From positions 70,928,001 through 70,992,000 of the forward strand of contig OX597833.1 in NCBI GenBank assembly GCA_951406725.2: a DNA stretch of 64,000 nucleotides, given 5' to 3'. The translations under genes and the position numbers were made by a program. Source of the stretch: Octopus vulgaris (taxonomy: Eukaryota). The notes below the pieces were generated by a model. That model did no database searches. It saw only the letters and a program-made list of their open reading frames with translations, and had not been told where the DNA came from. Below, piece after piece: positions 39,901-50,400 of this stretch. The first letter of the stretch is position 1; each line of letters opens with the position of its first letter.

Positions 39901-42900
39901 AGAAGGTTTCAGTTTAGATCATTTTGAAATAAACACACGCACACACACACACACACATATGAACAAACAAACAACAGATCTCCACACATTCTCTCTCTAC
40001 TAAATTCCTTTACAAGGCATTTGTCAGCAACGGGTATAGTAAAAGACACTTTCCCAAGGTTCCGCACAGGAGGAACTGAACCCAGAACCCTTTTTATTTT
40101 CTTCTCTTTCTTAGATCCAATACCTGTGAGATCAACTTGTTTGATCATTATTTGGAGGAAATGTTTGCACAAAAACATACGCAAGGAAGGAATTTTTAGA
40201 AAGCTGGCATTCTGCAGAATGAACACGGGGCTTGAAAGAATGTGTGTGTGGTGGAGGGGTGCATAGTACATATATGTCTATATATATATATATATATTAA
40301 CCTGGCTTTTATTTTCGTTTTATTTTCCTCTAGAATCACAACTCAGTCCAATGAAGAAACTCTATTTCACATATTCCAACAACTTCATCAAGTCTGCGTG
40401 GCTGTATTCCCATACAGCTTCTTCAAGTATTACGGACGATGCCACAACCCACAGTGCATCTACTGTTGCCATTCTCAGAGGAAACATGAATCTCCAATCT
40501 TTTGCACACATCTCATCAATGAAACCCAAGTGAAGCAAATCGTAAGTTATTCCTCTCTGTGTGTGTTCTTTACTGTTTTGGTCATTAAGCTGTCTTTGGA
40601 CTGCAATGTCATCATCATCATCATTGTTTAACGTCCGTTTTCCATGCTAGCATGGGTTGGACAGTTCGACCAGGATTTGGAAGGAGGCTGCACCAGGCAC
40701 CAGTCTGATCTGGCAAGGTTTCTACAGCTGAATGCCCTTCCTAATGCCAACCACTCCATGAGTGTAGTGGGTGCTTTTTACATGCCACCGGCACAGGAGC
40801 CAGAGGAGTCCATTGCAGAATTTCTTGTTCCCTCACCATTTATTTGATCTCTTATCATTATGCTCTGTATTCAACTAATGCTTTATTCTGAGGCATATAT
40901 CTATTGAGTTCTAACCCCAAGTTATTACTATCGCTATGCCTAAGTAAAACATGTATATATATATATATATATATATCATCATCATCATCATCATCGTTTA
41001 ACGTCTGCTTTCCATGCTAGCAGTGGTTGGACGGTTCAACTGGGGTCTGGGAAGCCAGAAGGCTGCACCAGGCCCAGTCTGATCTGGCAGTGTTTCTACA
41101 GCTAGATGCCCTTCCTAACGCCACATATATATATATATAGAGATAGATAGATAGATAGACAGATATGTATACTAACACATTCATACATGATGGGCTTCTT
41201 TCAGTTTCTGTCTACCAAATCCACTCACAAGGCTTTGGCCTGTCCAAGGCTATAGTAGAAGACACTTGCCAAAAATGCCATGCATTGGTATTGAGCCTGG
41301 AACCCCATGGCTGGGAAGCACGCTTCTTAACCATGAAGCCAGGCCTGTGCCAAAGTTATTTTCAAAAGATTTAAAAAGAAGCCATGTTGAACACTGCTAT
41401 TTCGAGTTCCTTTTCATCTTTTTTCTTTCTTTTTATTCCGTTTTCAGGGTAAAGTGATCGATGTTGAAAAAATGTCTGTACTTGAGTTGAATTCCAAAAT
41501 TCTCTTTCACATCTGTCTGGAACTAAATTCTAACCCAAGTCTCAACTGGAAAATGCTGGCTGGTAAGAGAACCTACAACCTACATCCAACACCTTTGTCG
41601 TTGTTTTAAATGTCCTCCTTTCCATGCTTGTAAGGGTCTCCCTGACTCTGTCAAAGCTGACTTTTTCATGGCCTGATGTGCTTCTTCTCATTAACCCTCA
41701 CCTGTTTCCAGATAAGATTAATATTTCCCCATGGTTGAATGTGTTTCCAAGGAAGACAGGAAACGAATGACACTGCTTGTATGACAGTGACACTCGTTTA
41801 CAACTGTCACACCATGTCAAGACAGACATTCACACACTCACACACACACGTGTATGTACAACGGGGTTATTCCAGTTTCAGGGTCTTTGGTTGCAGTAAA
41901 GGCTGTAGTAGAACACACTTGTCCAGGGTGCTGTGCAGTGGGTTTGAAACTAAGACCTTCCGGTTTGGAAGCATTGAAATCTCTTACTCTTTACTCTCTC
42001 TTTTACTTGTTTCAGTCATTTGACTGTGGCCATGCTGGAGCACCGCCTTTAGTCGAGCAAATCGACCTCGGGACTTATTCTTTTGTAAGCCCAGTACTTA
42101 TTCTATCGGTCTCTTTTGCCGAACCGCTAAGTAACGAGGACATAGACACACCAGCATCGGTTGTCAAGCAATGCCAGGGGGACAAACACAGACACACAAA
42201 CACACACACGCATATATATATATATATACACGACAGGCTTCTTTCAGTTTCCGTCTACAAAATCCACTCTAAAGGCATTGGTCGGCCCAGGGTTATAGCA
42301 GAAGACACTTGCCCAAGATGCCACACAGTGGGACTGAACCCAGAACCATGTGGTTGGTTAGCAAGCTACTTACCACACAGCCACTACTGCGCCTATTTAT
42401 TTTTCGGACATTTCCATTTTCGTTGTTTATTCTTGAAGAATTGCAACTAACTGATTGGGAAGGGCAATATTGGTGTTGTACCCCCCCTTAATTCAGCCCT
42501 GATCAAGCGGACATGTAGTCAGAGGCCTTCCAGTTATGACTCTCCCATTGGAGAGCGACGAGATTTTATTGGAGTTATCTCCCTTGCTAAATCTTTCTTA
42601 TTAAAACTTCTGAATAATTTTGATGCAGAATAATTAAACGGATGCAAAACCTGTTTGTTCTTTCGTTAATATTAAGGGAGGTTGGGCTCATTCGTAAGTT
42701 TGAGAACTTTTTCCCCGAAGGCAGGGGGAGGGGATATTTGTCCCTCAGTTTTATGCATAATCTCTGTGTAGGTTCATTGATTCTTTATCACTGGCATGGC
42801 TCTGCGTTTTTTGGCTTAAGCCAGTGTTAACACATCTTATGCAGGGAGCTCTGATGCTTTTGTTTTCTATCTTTGCTCTCTCTCTCTCAAAATTTACATT

Positions 42901-44673
42901 TGAAATCCAAATGGGATAAAAAAAATGTTTAAAATAATAATGAAATTATTGTATACGGTGCTCAGGTGCACCACAACTTGTTAGAGTACATGCAGTAGTG
43001 TACAAATGTCTGGAAAGCGAAGAATGCATGAGTAAGATACATGCCTGTGTGTGTATGGAGGGGAGAAAATCAGGTGTAGTGTTGGCGAATCTCAGGAAGC
43101 ATGGAAGTTTTGAAGGATGCAGTGCTCCGACAACTAACAACTGATGCCGGCAGTTTGTTCCATGCTTCAGCAACTCTCAGCGTGAAAAATGTTTCCTGAA
43201 GTCATGGGAGCTGTGCTGTTTTCTGACTTTGTAAACATGTCCACGGGTGTTAGACGGGTGGAGTTTGAAAAGGTGCTCAGAGTTATTGTTTGTACGATGG
43301 TTGATAATTTTATGGGTGTCTGCCAAGTCAGCTGCCAGACTCCGGAGTTGATGGACGAGGAATTACTCTATATCACTCTCGGATGAAAGAGGCTGGGGAT
43401 GTAACACAAGATGGTTTTTTTATGTTTTTATGGGATGTCTAACATGTTGGGCATGCAGTTACAATTTGATGTTTGTTGCTGGTGGCACTAAAGAAAATTG
43501 AAATATGGACCTGGCGATTCCATCTCTGCTGCTGCGGCTGGACACTTTTACATCTGCTTCTAAGACTTCTGTGCTTTGTGGTGTGGTGGAGATTTGAAAC
43601 TGAATCCCTGCTTACATGGTCAGACATCAGGAGCAAAACACCACATGTTCCACGTGATCAGTCTATTGACTGGTCAGTGTGAAGTGATGGTGGGGGGCAG
43701 GTTTTCTTGGACATTCTGGACATTACCCATGACTTTCAGAAATGTCCTGTTGTTTGGATTTATAAACATGTCCACAAATGGTAGAATTTCAAAAAGGTGG
43801 ACATGTTTACAAAGTCAGAAAACAGCACAGCTCCTTCCAGGACTTTCAGAAACATTTTTCATGTTAAGATTTGCCGAAGCATGGAACAAACTGCCGGCAT
43901 CAGTTATTAGTTGTCGGAGCACTGCATCCTTCAAAACTTCCATGCTTCCTGAGATTTGCCAACACTACAACTGATTTTCTCCCCTCCATACACACACAAG
44001 CATGTATCTGACTCATATACTGTTCACTTTCCAGACATTTGTACATTACTGCATATACTTTATACACACTTTTGACAAGTTGTGGTGCACCTGAGCACTG
44101 TATACAATAATTTCATTATTATTATTATTTATATACCATACCTATTTCTTTACTACCCACAAGGGGCTAAACACAAAGGGGACAAACAAGGACAGACATA
44201 GGTATTAAGTTGATTACATCGACCCCAGTGCGTAACTGGTACTTAATTTATCGACCCCGAAAGGATGAAAGGCAAAGTCGACCTCGCCGGAATTTGAACT
44301 CACAACGTAACGGCAGACGAAATACCTCTAAGCATTTCACCCGGCGCGCTAATGTTTCTGCCAGCTCGCCGCCTTTATATACCATACCTGTTTCCTGCTT
44401 ATTACACACACACACACATATTAAAATATTTCTTGATCAATGTTCTGTTTTCTTTCCTCAGGTCATTTGAACTGTGATCTTTCTTTGGTCGGAAGATATG
44501 AAAGCAGCCAGGATCCCTGCATAAATGTTTTGGTCGACTGGAATAATACATCACTGAACAGCACTGCAATAAACTTCCGTAAGATTCTTCATGACATGAA
44601 GCGATACGACCTGGCTAAACTCGTTGAAGAGGAATTGGACAAACTTAGAAGAGAACAGAGTAGTGACTGCTAA
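27290..44673 (+). CDS. Spliced 9-exon gene, 905 aa: PDZ-PDZ-degenerate Roc-COR-Death domain protein (Roco-like scaffold)
   Basis: Exons 27290-27415, 28875-29357, 29879-29911, 32434-32535, 33281-34172, 38313-38859, 40334-40541, 41448-41562, 44462-44673 join in frame (phases 0,0,0,0,1,2,0,1; 2718 nt). Each acceptor has a pyrimidine tract plus AG and each donor is GTRRR-type. In-frame TGA upstream of ATG 27290; AATAAA at 44697-44702. Confidence 0.88.
27565..28000. mobile_element. Inverted pair of RTE-tail elements in intron 1
   Basis: 27565-27840 on the minus strand abuts 27841-28000 on the plus strand ending in (GAT)n. Confidence 0.7.
28412..28808 (-). mobile_element. SINE family A
   Basis: Sequence identity to other copies. 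Confidence 0.85.
28875..29357 (+). CDS. Coding exon 2: rest of PDZ1, Ser-rich linker, start of PDZ2 (KRSSSGKFGF)
   Basis: Acceptor ttctgttttccag, open frame inside ORF 28827-29462, donor tcg|gtaaat. Confidence 0.88.
29879..29911 (+). CDS. Coding exon 3: 33-nt microexon LVPKNSVNTSM within PDZ2
   Basis: ctaac branch-like motif, long pyrimidine tract and cag, donor atg|gtgagt, phase 0-0. Confidence 0.75.
30475..30926. mobile_element. piggyBac-type MITE 1 and MITE 2 sharing one TTAA
   Basis: Junction gaaaggg-TTAA-cccttta at 30700-30703. Confidence 0.85.
31097..31493 (-). mobile_element. SINE family A
   Basis: Sequence identity to other copies. Confidence 0.85.
32104..32331. mobile_element. piggyBac-type MITE family 2
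   Basis: TTAA-CCC...GGG-TTAA, nearly identical to 30700-30926. Confidence 0.85.
32434..32535 (+). CDS. Coding exon 4: PDZ2 core (YFLITKLSNDAARKLKVGDLILSLNGIACQDLSV)
   Basis: Classic PDZ motif LKVGDxILxxNG; acceptor ttttttccag, donor gtg|gtgagt. Confidence 0.9.
32674..32711 (-). ncRNA. Minimal hammerhead ribozyme motif, U3-A8 core, intron 4
   Basis: Minus strand CAG-TTGAAAA-GGTC tcaaaat GACC-GAA-ACCGGT-A-CTG: all three stems, GUA triplet. Confidence 0.65.
33281..34172 (+). CDS. Coding exon 5: end of PDZ2, degenerate Roc domain, start of COR
   Basis: 892-nt open exon; RVFLCG (G1 position), FFHHCMKLTFTKNSIFFIMLD (Roc post-G3 pattern); donor gag|gtaagt. Confidence 0.88.
35040..35460 (-). mobile_element. 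RTE-tail element with ~4 internal subrepeats
   Basis: Conserved tail followed by repeated ttttacgtgccacc units; shorter copies at 39725-39877, 40608-40803, 40977-41123, 54030-54300. Confidence 0.75.
36654..37108 (-). mobile_element. SINE family A
   Basis: Sequence identity to other copies. Confidence 0.85.
37460..37706 (+). pseudogene. RTE-like LINE C-terminal fragment
   Basis: Translates, with a frameshift, to QFAGHCCRA...WKP...RGRTLSYPDVISRDTG...LRNAMMDREVWRSMV, then (TGA)n tail. Confidence 0.65.
38313..38859 (+). CDS. Coding exon 6: COR-like domain
   Basis: Phase-1 acceptor tattttccag; NGIV...LALLESHNVI...YYIPCL pattern typical of COR; donor ga|gtgagt. Confidence 0.85.
38976..39309 (+). 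mobile_element. CR1 family 1 3' fragment inserted in a MITE family 2 copy (38893-39456)
   Basis: FSVRVADPWNKLP motif, (AACTT)n tail, tatct repeated at both junctions. Confidence 0.8.
40334..40541 (+). CDS. Coding exon 7: COR C-terminal part with Cys/His-rich segment
   Basis: Phase-2 acceptor ttttcctctag; RCHNPQCIYCCH...FCTH; donor atc|gtaagt. Confidence 0.85.
41448..41562 (+). CDS. Coding exon 8: Death domain N-half (LELNSKILFHICLELNSNPSLNWKMLAG)
   Basis: Acceptor ccgttttcag; death-domain WKxLA motif; donor ctg|gtaaga. Confidence 0.85.
41985..42394 (-). mobile_element. SINE family A
   Basis: Sequence identity to other copies. Confidence 0.85.
42930..43400 (-). mobile_element. CR1-type LINE family 2 3' fragment
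   Basis: Minus strand RGHVYKVRKQHSSHDF..LRVAEAWNKLPASVV..FK, (ATT)n tail. Confidence 0.8.
43790..44129 (+). mobile_element. CR1-type LINE family 2 3' fragment, inverted relative to 42930-43400
   Basis: FFMLRFAEAWNKLPASVISCRSTASFK, (ATT)n tail. Confidence 0.8.
44140..44376 (-). mobile_element. SINE family B
   Basis: Matches 6950-7168; flanked by tataccatacct direct repeats (possible TSD). Confidence 0.8.
44462..44673 (+). CDS. Coding exon 9: Death domain C-half and stop
   Basis: Phase-1 acceptor tctttcctcag; DPCINVLVDW...LHDMKRYDLAKLV matches death-domain PxxxLLxxW...LxxMxRxD; TAA at 44671-44673. Confidence 0.88.
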
Positions 44674-44696
44674 ATCTTAGTTTAATTCTCAGATTT

Positions 44697-44702
44697 AATA
44701 AA
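44697..44702 (+). promoter_or_regulatory. Candidate polyadenylation signal
   Basis: AATAAA 24 nt after the stop, followed by a U-rich tract; second AATAAA near 44886. Confidence 0.45.
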
Positions 44703-45049
44703 ACGACTTTTTTTTTTTTTATTATTTGGGGCAAATTCTTCTGAGAATTCACTGCTTGATATGTTGTTTTTATCAATTTTGTAAATATTTTTTTTTTTTT
44801 TTTTAATATATACACAATTATACCCTTTCGCATGAGACTTTACTGCAGTTTCAAATAAGACAAGAATTTCAACCAAATCTTATCCAATAAACTTCCAAGT
44901 TACAGTGTCTTGAAATCTGGGCAATTTTTCTTTTTTTTTTCTTTTTTTTTTTTTTTTTTTTTTAAATTTAAAGCCAAATGATTTTGTCCAAATTCTTGTT
45001 TTCTGTAAATAATCTGGAGTAGCAACTCTCCTCGATGTGTTTTATCCTG

Positions 45050-45490
45050 GTATATATATTTATATATATATGTATATATATTTATATATATATATGTATA
45101 TTTATATATGTATATATATTTATGTATATATATATATATATATGTATATTTATATATGTATATATGTATATATATTTATATTTATATATGTATATATATT
45201 TATATTTATATATGTATATATATTTCTATATATATATATATATATGTATATATATGTATATATATTTATATATATATATGCATATATATTTATATATATG
45301 TGTGTGTATATTTATATATATATATGTGTGTGTGTATATTTATATATATATGTGTATATTTATATATATATATATGTGTGTGTGTGTATATTTATATATA
45401 TATATGTGTGTGTGTATATTTATATATATATATACATATGTGTATATATATGTGTATATATATTTATATATATATATATGTGTGTATATA

Positions 45491-45535
<45 letters not shown>
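45050..45535. repeat. TA-rich microsatellite
   Basis: Direct reading. Confidence 0.95.
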
Positions 45536-45536
<1 letters not shown>

Positions 45537-46149
45537 TCTTTGTTTGAATTCTTATTTGTAACTTTAAGTGATAAACAGCATTAGAAATAACCTTGATCTT
45601 TGTTATTGTTGTTAACGATGATGTGATTATCTTGTCCTTAACGAGGTTGTGTTGTTCATTATGCAAAATTTAGGTTTTAAGACCCTACCTGGACCCTATT
45701 GTTTGAAGGCCCCATGTGGGTTTTAAACAGTGATTCAAAGAGACTAGAAAAGTGTTTCAAATAGAAAGTCAGTTTGTTGACATTGCAGTTGTTTAGCCCC
45801 GGGTCAGACCTGTCTGAGAGAAGCCCATGATCAGAGGCAGTGCAGATAGGGTCATCTTGTGTGTTTATTCAGTGCATTTGTGTATCTAGGACTGCACTGT
45901 TGTGTCTTCTCATGAAGATGCTAGGGTGTGGTGGTGGGAAGGATTTGGTTGCTATTTCTAGGAAGTTGAGCAACCAATTAAAACCTTCCTTGGTGGGTCA
46001 TTGTTATTGCTGGTTTTTTGTTGTTATTGTTGTTGTTGACTGATGGTGGTGGTTGTAGTAATGTTGTTTTGAGTCATTATTCGCATTGTGAATCAATTCT
46101 TTTGGTGTAGAGTGATGAGATTTGTATGCATAACCCTGCATCACTTGTA

Positions 46150-47002
46150 TACTCTTTTACTTGTTTCAGTCATTTGACTGCGGCCATGCTGGAGCAGCGC
46201 CTTTAGTCGAGCAAATCGACCCCGGGACTTATTCTTTTGTAAGCCCAGTACTTATTCTATCGGTCTCTTTTGCCGAACCGCTAAGTGACGGGGACGTAAA
46301 CACACCAGCATCGGTTGTCAAGCAATGCTAGAGGGATAAACACAGACATACAAACATGCACACACACATATATATATCATCATCATCATTTAACGTCCGC
46401 TTTCCATGCTAGCATGGGTTGGACGGTTCAACTGGGGTCCGGGGAGCCCGAAGGCTGCACCAGGCCAGTCAGATCTGGCAGTGTTTCTACAGCTGGATGC
46501 CCTTCCTAACGCCAACCACTCCAAGAGTGTAGTGGGTGATTTTATGTGCCACCGACACAGGTGCCAGACGAGGCTGGCGAACGGCCGCGCTCGGATGGTG
46601 TTTTTATGTGCCACCGACACAGGTGCCAGACGAAGCTGGCGAACGGCCACGCTCGGATGGTGTTTTTATGTGCCACCGACACAGGTGCCAGACAAGGCTA
46701 GCAGACGACCACGCTCGGATGGAGTTTTTATGTGCCACCGACACAGGAGCCAGATTAGGCTGACGATCGGCCACTATTGGATGGTGATTGTTACGTGCCC
46801 ACAGCATGGAGGCCAGTCGGTGTGGTACTGGCTACGGCCACGTTCGGAAGGCTTCTTTCAGTTTCCATCTACCAAATCCACTCACAAGGCATTGGTCGGC
46901 CCGGGGCTATAGCAGAAGACACTTGCCCAAGATGCCACGCAGTGGGACTGAACCCGGAACCATGTGGCTGGTTAGCAACCTACTTACCACACAGCCACTC
47001 CT
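46150..47002 (-). mobile_element. SINE family A split by an RTE-tail element (46378-46848) carrying ~62-bp subrepeats
   Basis: SINE tail half 46150-46375 and head half 46850-47002 flank the insert. Confidence 0.8.
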
Positions 47003-47449
47003 GTGAATTCTGCATAATTTATTCTATGACCTCTGCATAATTTATGTGACCTCTGCATAACTGCATAATTACATCTGAACTCCCCTTAACTTCTATGTGA
47101 TCCCTTTGTGACTTATACCTCCAATTTGCATAATTTATGTGTAACCTTTCTCCCATTTTTTTTTATTTTTCTGCTCAAACACACTGCCTTTGGTTTTACT
47201 TAATTTGTAAAATAATGCAAAAATTTAACGAAACGACTTTTGTTATTAATTAACCTGATGCTCTGAACAAAAAATTAACCTGAAATTTGGATGCAAGTTG
47301 TTAATTCAGATTCCTTTAAAAGATGAAGGTTTGTATTAAAGAACCAGGGCCAGGTTGGTATCAAAGGAATTATGCATGAGTTCTTGGTAACTTAGGAGCG
47401 ACTTCTACACAGCTTAAGGATCATCTCTTATTTGGAAACCATGGGTAAA

Positions 47450-50400
47450 TTATGTGTGAGTCATCTACATATATTAAGTGTAACTCCTTTGCATAAATTA
47501 TTTCTGACACTTCTGCATAGATTATTCGTGACTTCTCTGCATAGATTACTTGTGACTTCTCTGCATAAATTATACATTACTCATTTGCATAAATTATTTG
47601 TGACTCCTCTGCATAGATTATTTGTTACTCCCCTGCATAGATTATTTGTGACTCCTCTGCATAGATTATTTGTGACACCACTGCATAGATTATTTGTGAC
47701 TCCTCCGCATAGATTATTCGTGACTCCACTGCATAGATCCTTTATGACTCCTCTGTATAGATTATTTATGACTCCTCTGCATAGATTATTCGTGACTCCT
47801 CTGCATAAATTATTCGTAACTCCTCTGTATAGATAATTTGTGACTCCTCTGCATAGATTATTTGTGACTCCTCTGCATAGATTATTTGTGACTACTCTGC
47901 ATAGATTATTTGTGACTCCTCAGCATAGATTATTTGTGACTCCTCTGTACAGATTATTTGTGATTCCTCTGCATAGATTATTTGTGATTCCTCTGCATAG
48001 ATTATTTGTGACACCTCTGCATAGATTATTTGTGACTCCTCTGCATAGATTATTTGTTGACTCCCTGCATAGATTATTTGTGACTCCTCTGCATAGATTA
48101 TTCGTGACTCCTCTGCATAGATTATTCGTGACTCCTCTGCATAGATTATTCGTGACTCCTCTGCATAGATTGTTTGTGACTCCTCTGCATAGATTATTTG
48201 TGACTCCTCTGCATAGATTATTTGTGACTCCTCTGCATAGATTATTTGTGACTCCTCTGCATAGATTATTTGTGAGTCCTCTGCATAAATTATTTGTGAC
48301 TCCTCTGCATAGATTATTTGTGACTACTCTGCATAGATTATTTGTGACTCCTCAGCATAGATTTTTTGTGACTCCTCTGTACAGATTATTTGTGATTCCT
48401 CTGCATAGATTATTTGTGATTCCTCTGCATAGATTATTTGTGACTCCTCTGCATAGATTATTTGTGACTCCTCTGCATAGATTATTTGTGACTCCTCTGC
48501 ATAGATTATTTGTGACTCCTCTGCATAGATTATTTGTGACTTCTTTGCATAGATTATTTGTGACTCCTCTGCATAGATTATTTATGACTCCTCTGCATGA
48601 ATTATTTGTTACTCCCCTGCATAGATTATTTGTGACTCCTCTGCATAGATTATTTGTGACACCACTGCATAGATTATTTGTGACTCCTCTGCATAGATTA
48701 TTTGTGACTCCTCTGCATAGATTATTTGTGACTCCTCTGCATAGATTATTTGTGACTCCTCTGCATAAATTATTCGTGTCTCCTCTGCATAGATAATTTG
48801 TAACTCCTCTGCATAGATTATTTGTGACTCTTCTGCATAGATTATTGGTGACTCCTCTGCATAGATTATTTGTGACTCCTCTGCATAGATTATTTGTGAC
48901 TCCTCCGCGTAGATTATTTGTGACTCCTCTGCATAGATTATTCGTGACTCCTCTGCATAGATTATCTGTGACTCCTCAGCATAGATTATTTGTCACTTCT
49001 CTGCATAGATTATTTGTGACTCCTCTGCATAGATTATTTGTGACTCCTCTGCATAGATTATTTGTGACTCCTCTGCATAGATTATTTGTGACTCCTCTGC
49101 ATAGATTATTTGTGACTCCTCTGCATAGATTATTTGTGACTCCTCTGCATAGATTATTTGTGACTCCTCTGCATAGATTATTTGTCACTTCTCTGCATAG
49201 ATTATTTGTGACTCCTCTGCATAGATTATTTGTGACTCCTCTGCATAGATTATTTGTGACTCCTCTGCATAGATTATTTGTGACTCTTCTGCATAGATTA
49301 TTTGTGACTCCTCTGCATAGATTATTCGTGACTCCTCTGCATAGATTATTTGTGACTCCTCTGCATAGATTATTTTTGACTCCTCTGCATAGATTATTTG
49401 TGACTCCTCTGCATAGATTATTTGTGACTCCTCTGCATAGATTATTTGTGACTCCTCTGCATAGATTATTTGTGACTCCTCTGCATAGATTATTTGTGAC
49501 TCCTCTGCATAGATTATTTGACTCCTCTGCATAGATTATTTGTGACTCCTCTGCATAGATTATTTGTGACTCCTCTGCATAGATTATTTGTGACTCCTCT
49601 GCATAGATTATTTGTGACTCCTCTGCATAGATTATTTGTGACTCCTCTGCATAGATTATTTGTGACTCCTCTGCATAAATTATTCGTGACTCCTCTGCAT
49701 AGATTTTTGTGACTCCTCTGCATAGATTATTCGTGACTTCTGCATAGATTATTTGTGACTCCTCTGCATAGATTATTTGTGACTCCTCTGCATAGATTAT
49801 TTGTGACTCCTCTGCATAGATTATTCGTGAGTCCTCTGTACAGATTTTTCGTGACTCCTCTGCATAGATTATTTGTGACTTCTCTGCATAGATTATTTGT
49901 GACTCCTCTGCACAGATTATTTGTGACTCCTCTGCATAAATTATTTGTGACTCCTCTGCATAGATTATTGTGACTCCTCTGCATAGATTATTTGTGACTC
50001 CTCTGCATAGATTATTTGTGACTCCTCTGCATAGATTATTTGTGACTCCTCTGCATAGATTATTTGTGACTCCTCTGCATAGATTATTTGTGACTCTTCT
50101 GCATAGATTATTGCTGACTCCTCTGCATAGATTATTTGTGACTCCTCTGCATAGATTATTCGTGACTCCTCTGCATAGATTGTTTGTGACTCCTCTGCAT
50201 AGATTATTTGTGACTCCTCTGCATAGATTATTTTTGACTCCTCTGCATAGATTATTTGTGACTCCTCTGCATAGATTATTTGTGACTCCTCTGCATAGAT
50301 TATTCGTGACTCCTCTGCATAGATTATTTGTGACTCCTCTGCATAGATTATTTGTGACTCCTCTGCATAGATTATTTGTGACTCCTCTGCATAGATTATT

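Noticed and set aside
33281-44673. Calling the gene DAPK1, LRRK or MFHAS1
   Set aside because: No kinase, ankyrin or LRR exons, and an in-frame stop precedes the ATG; no gene symbol can be justified
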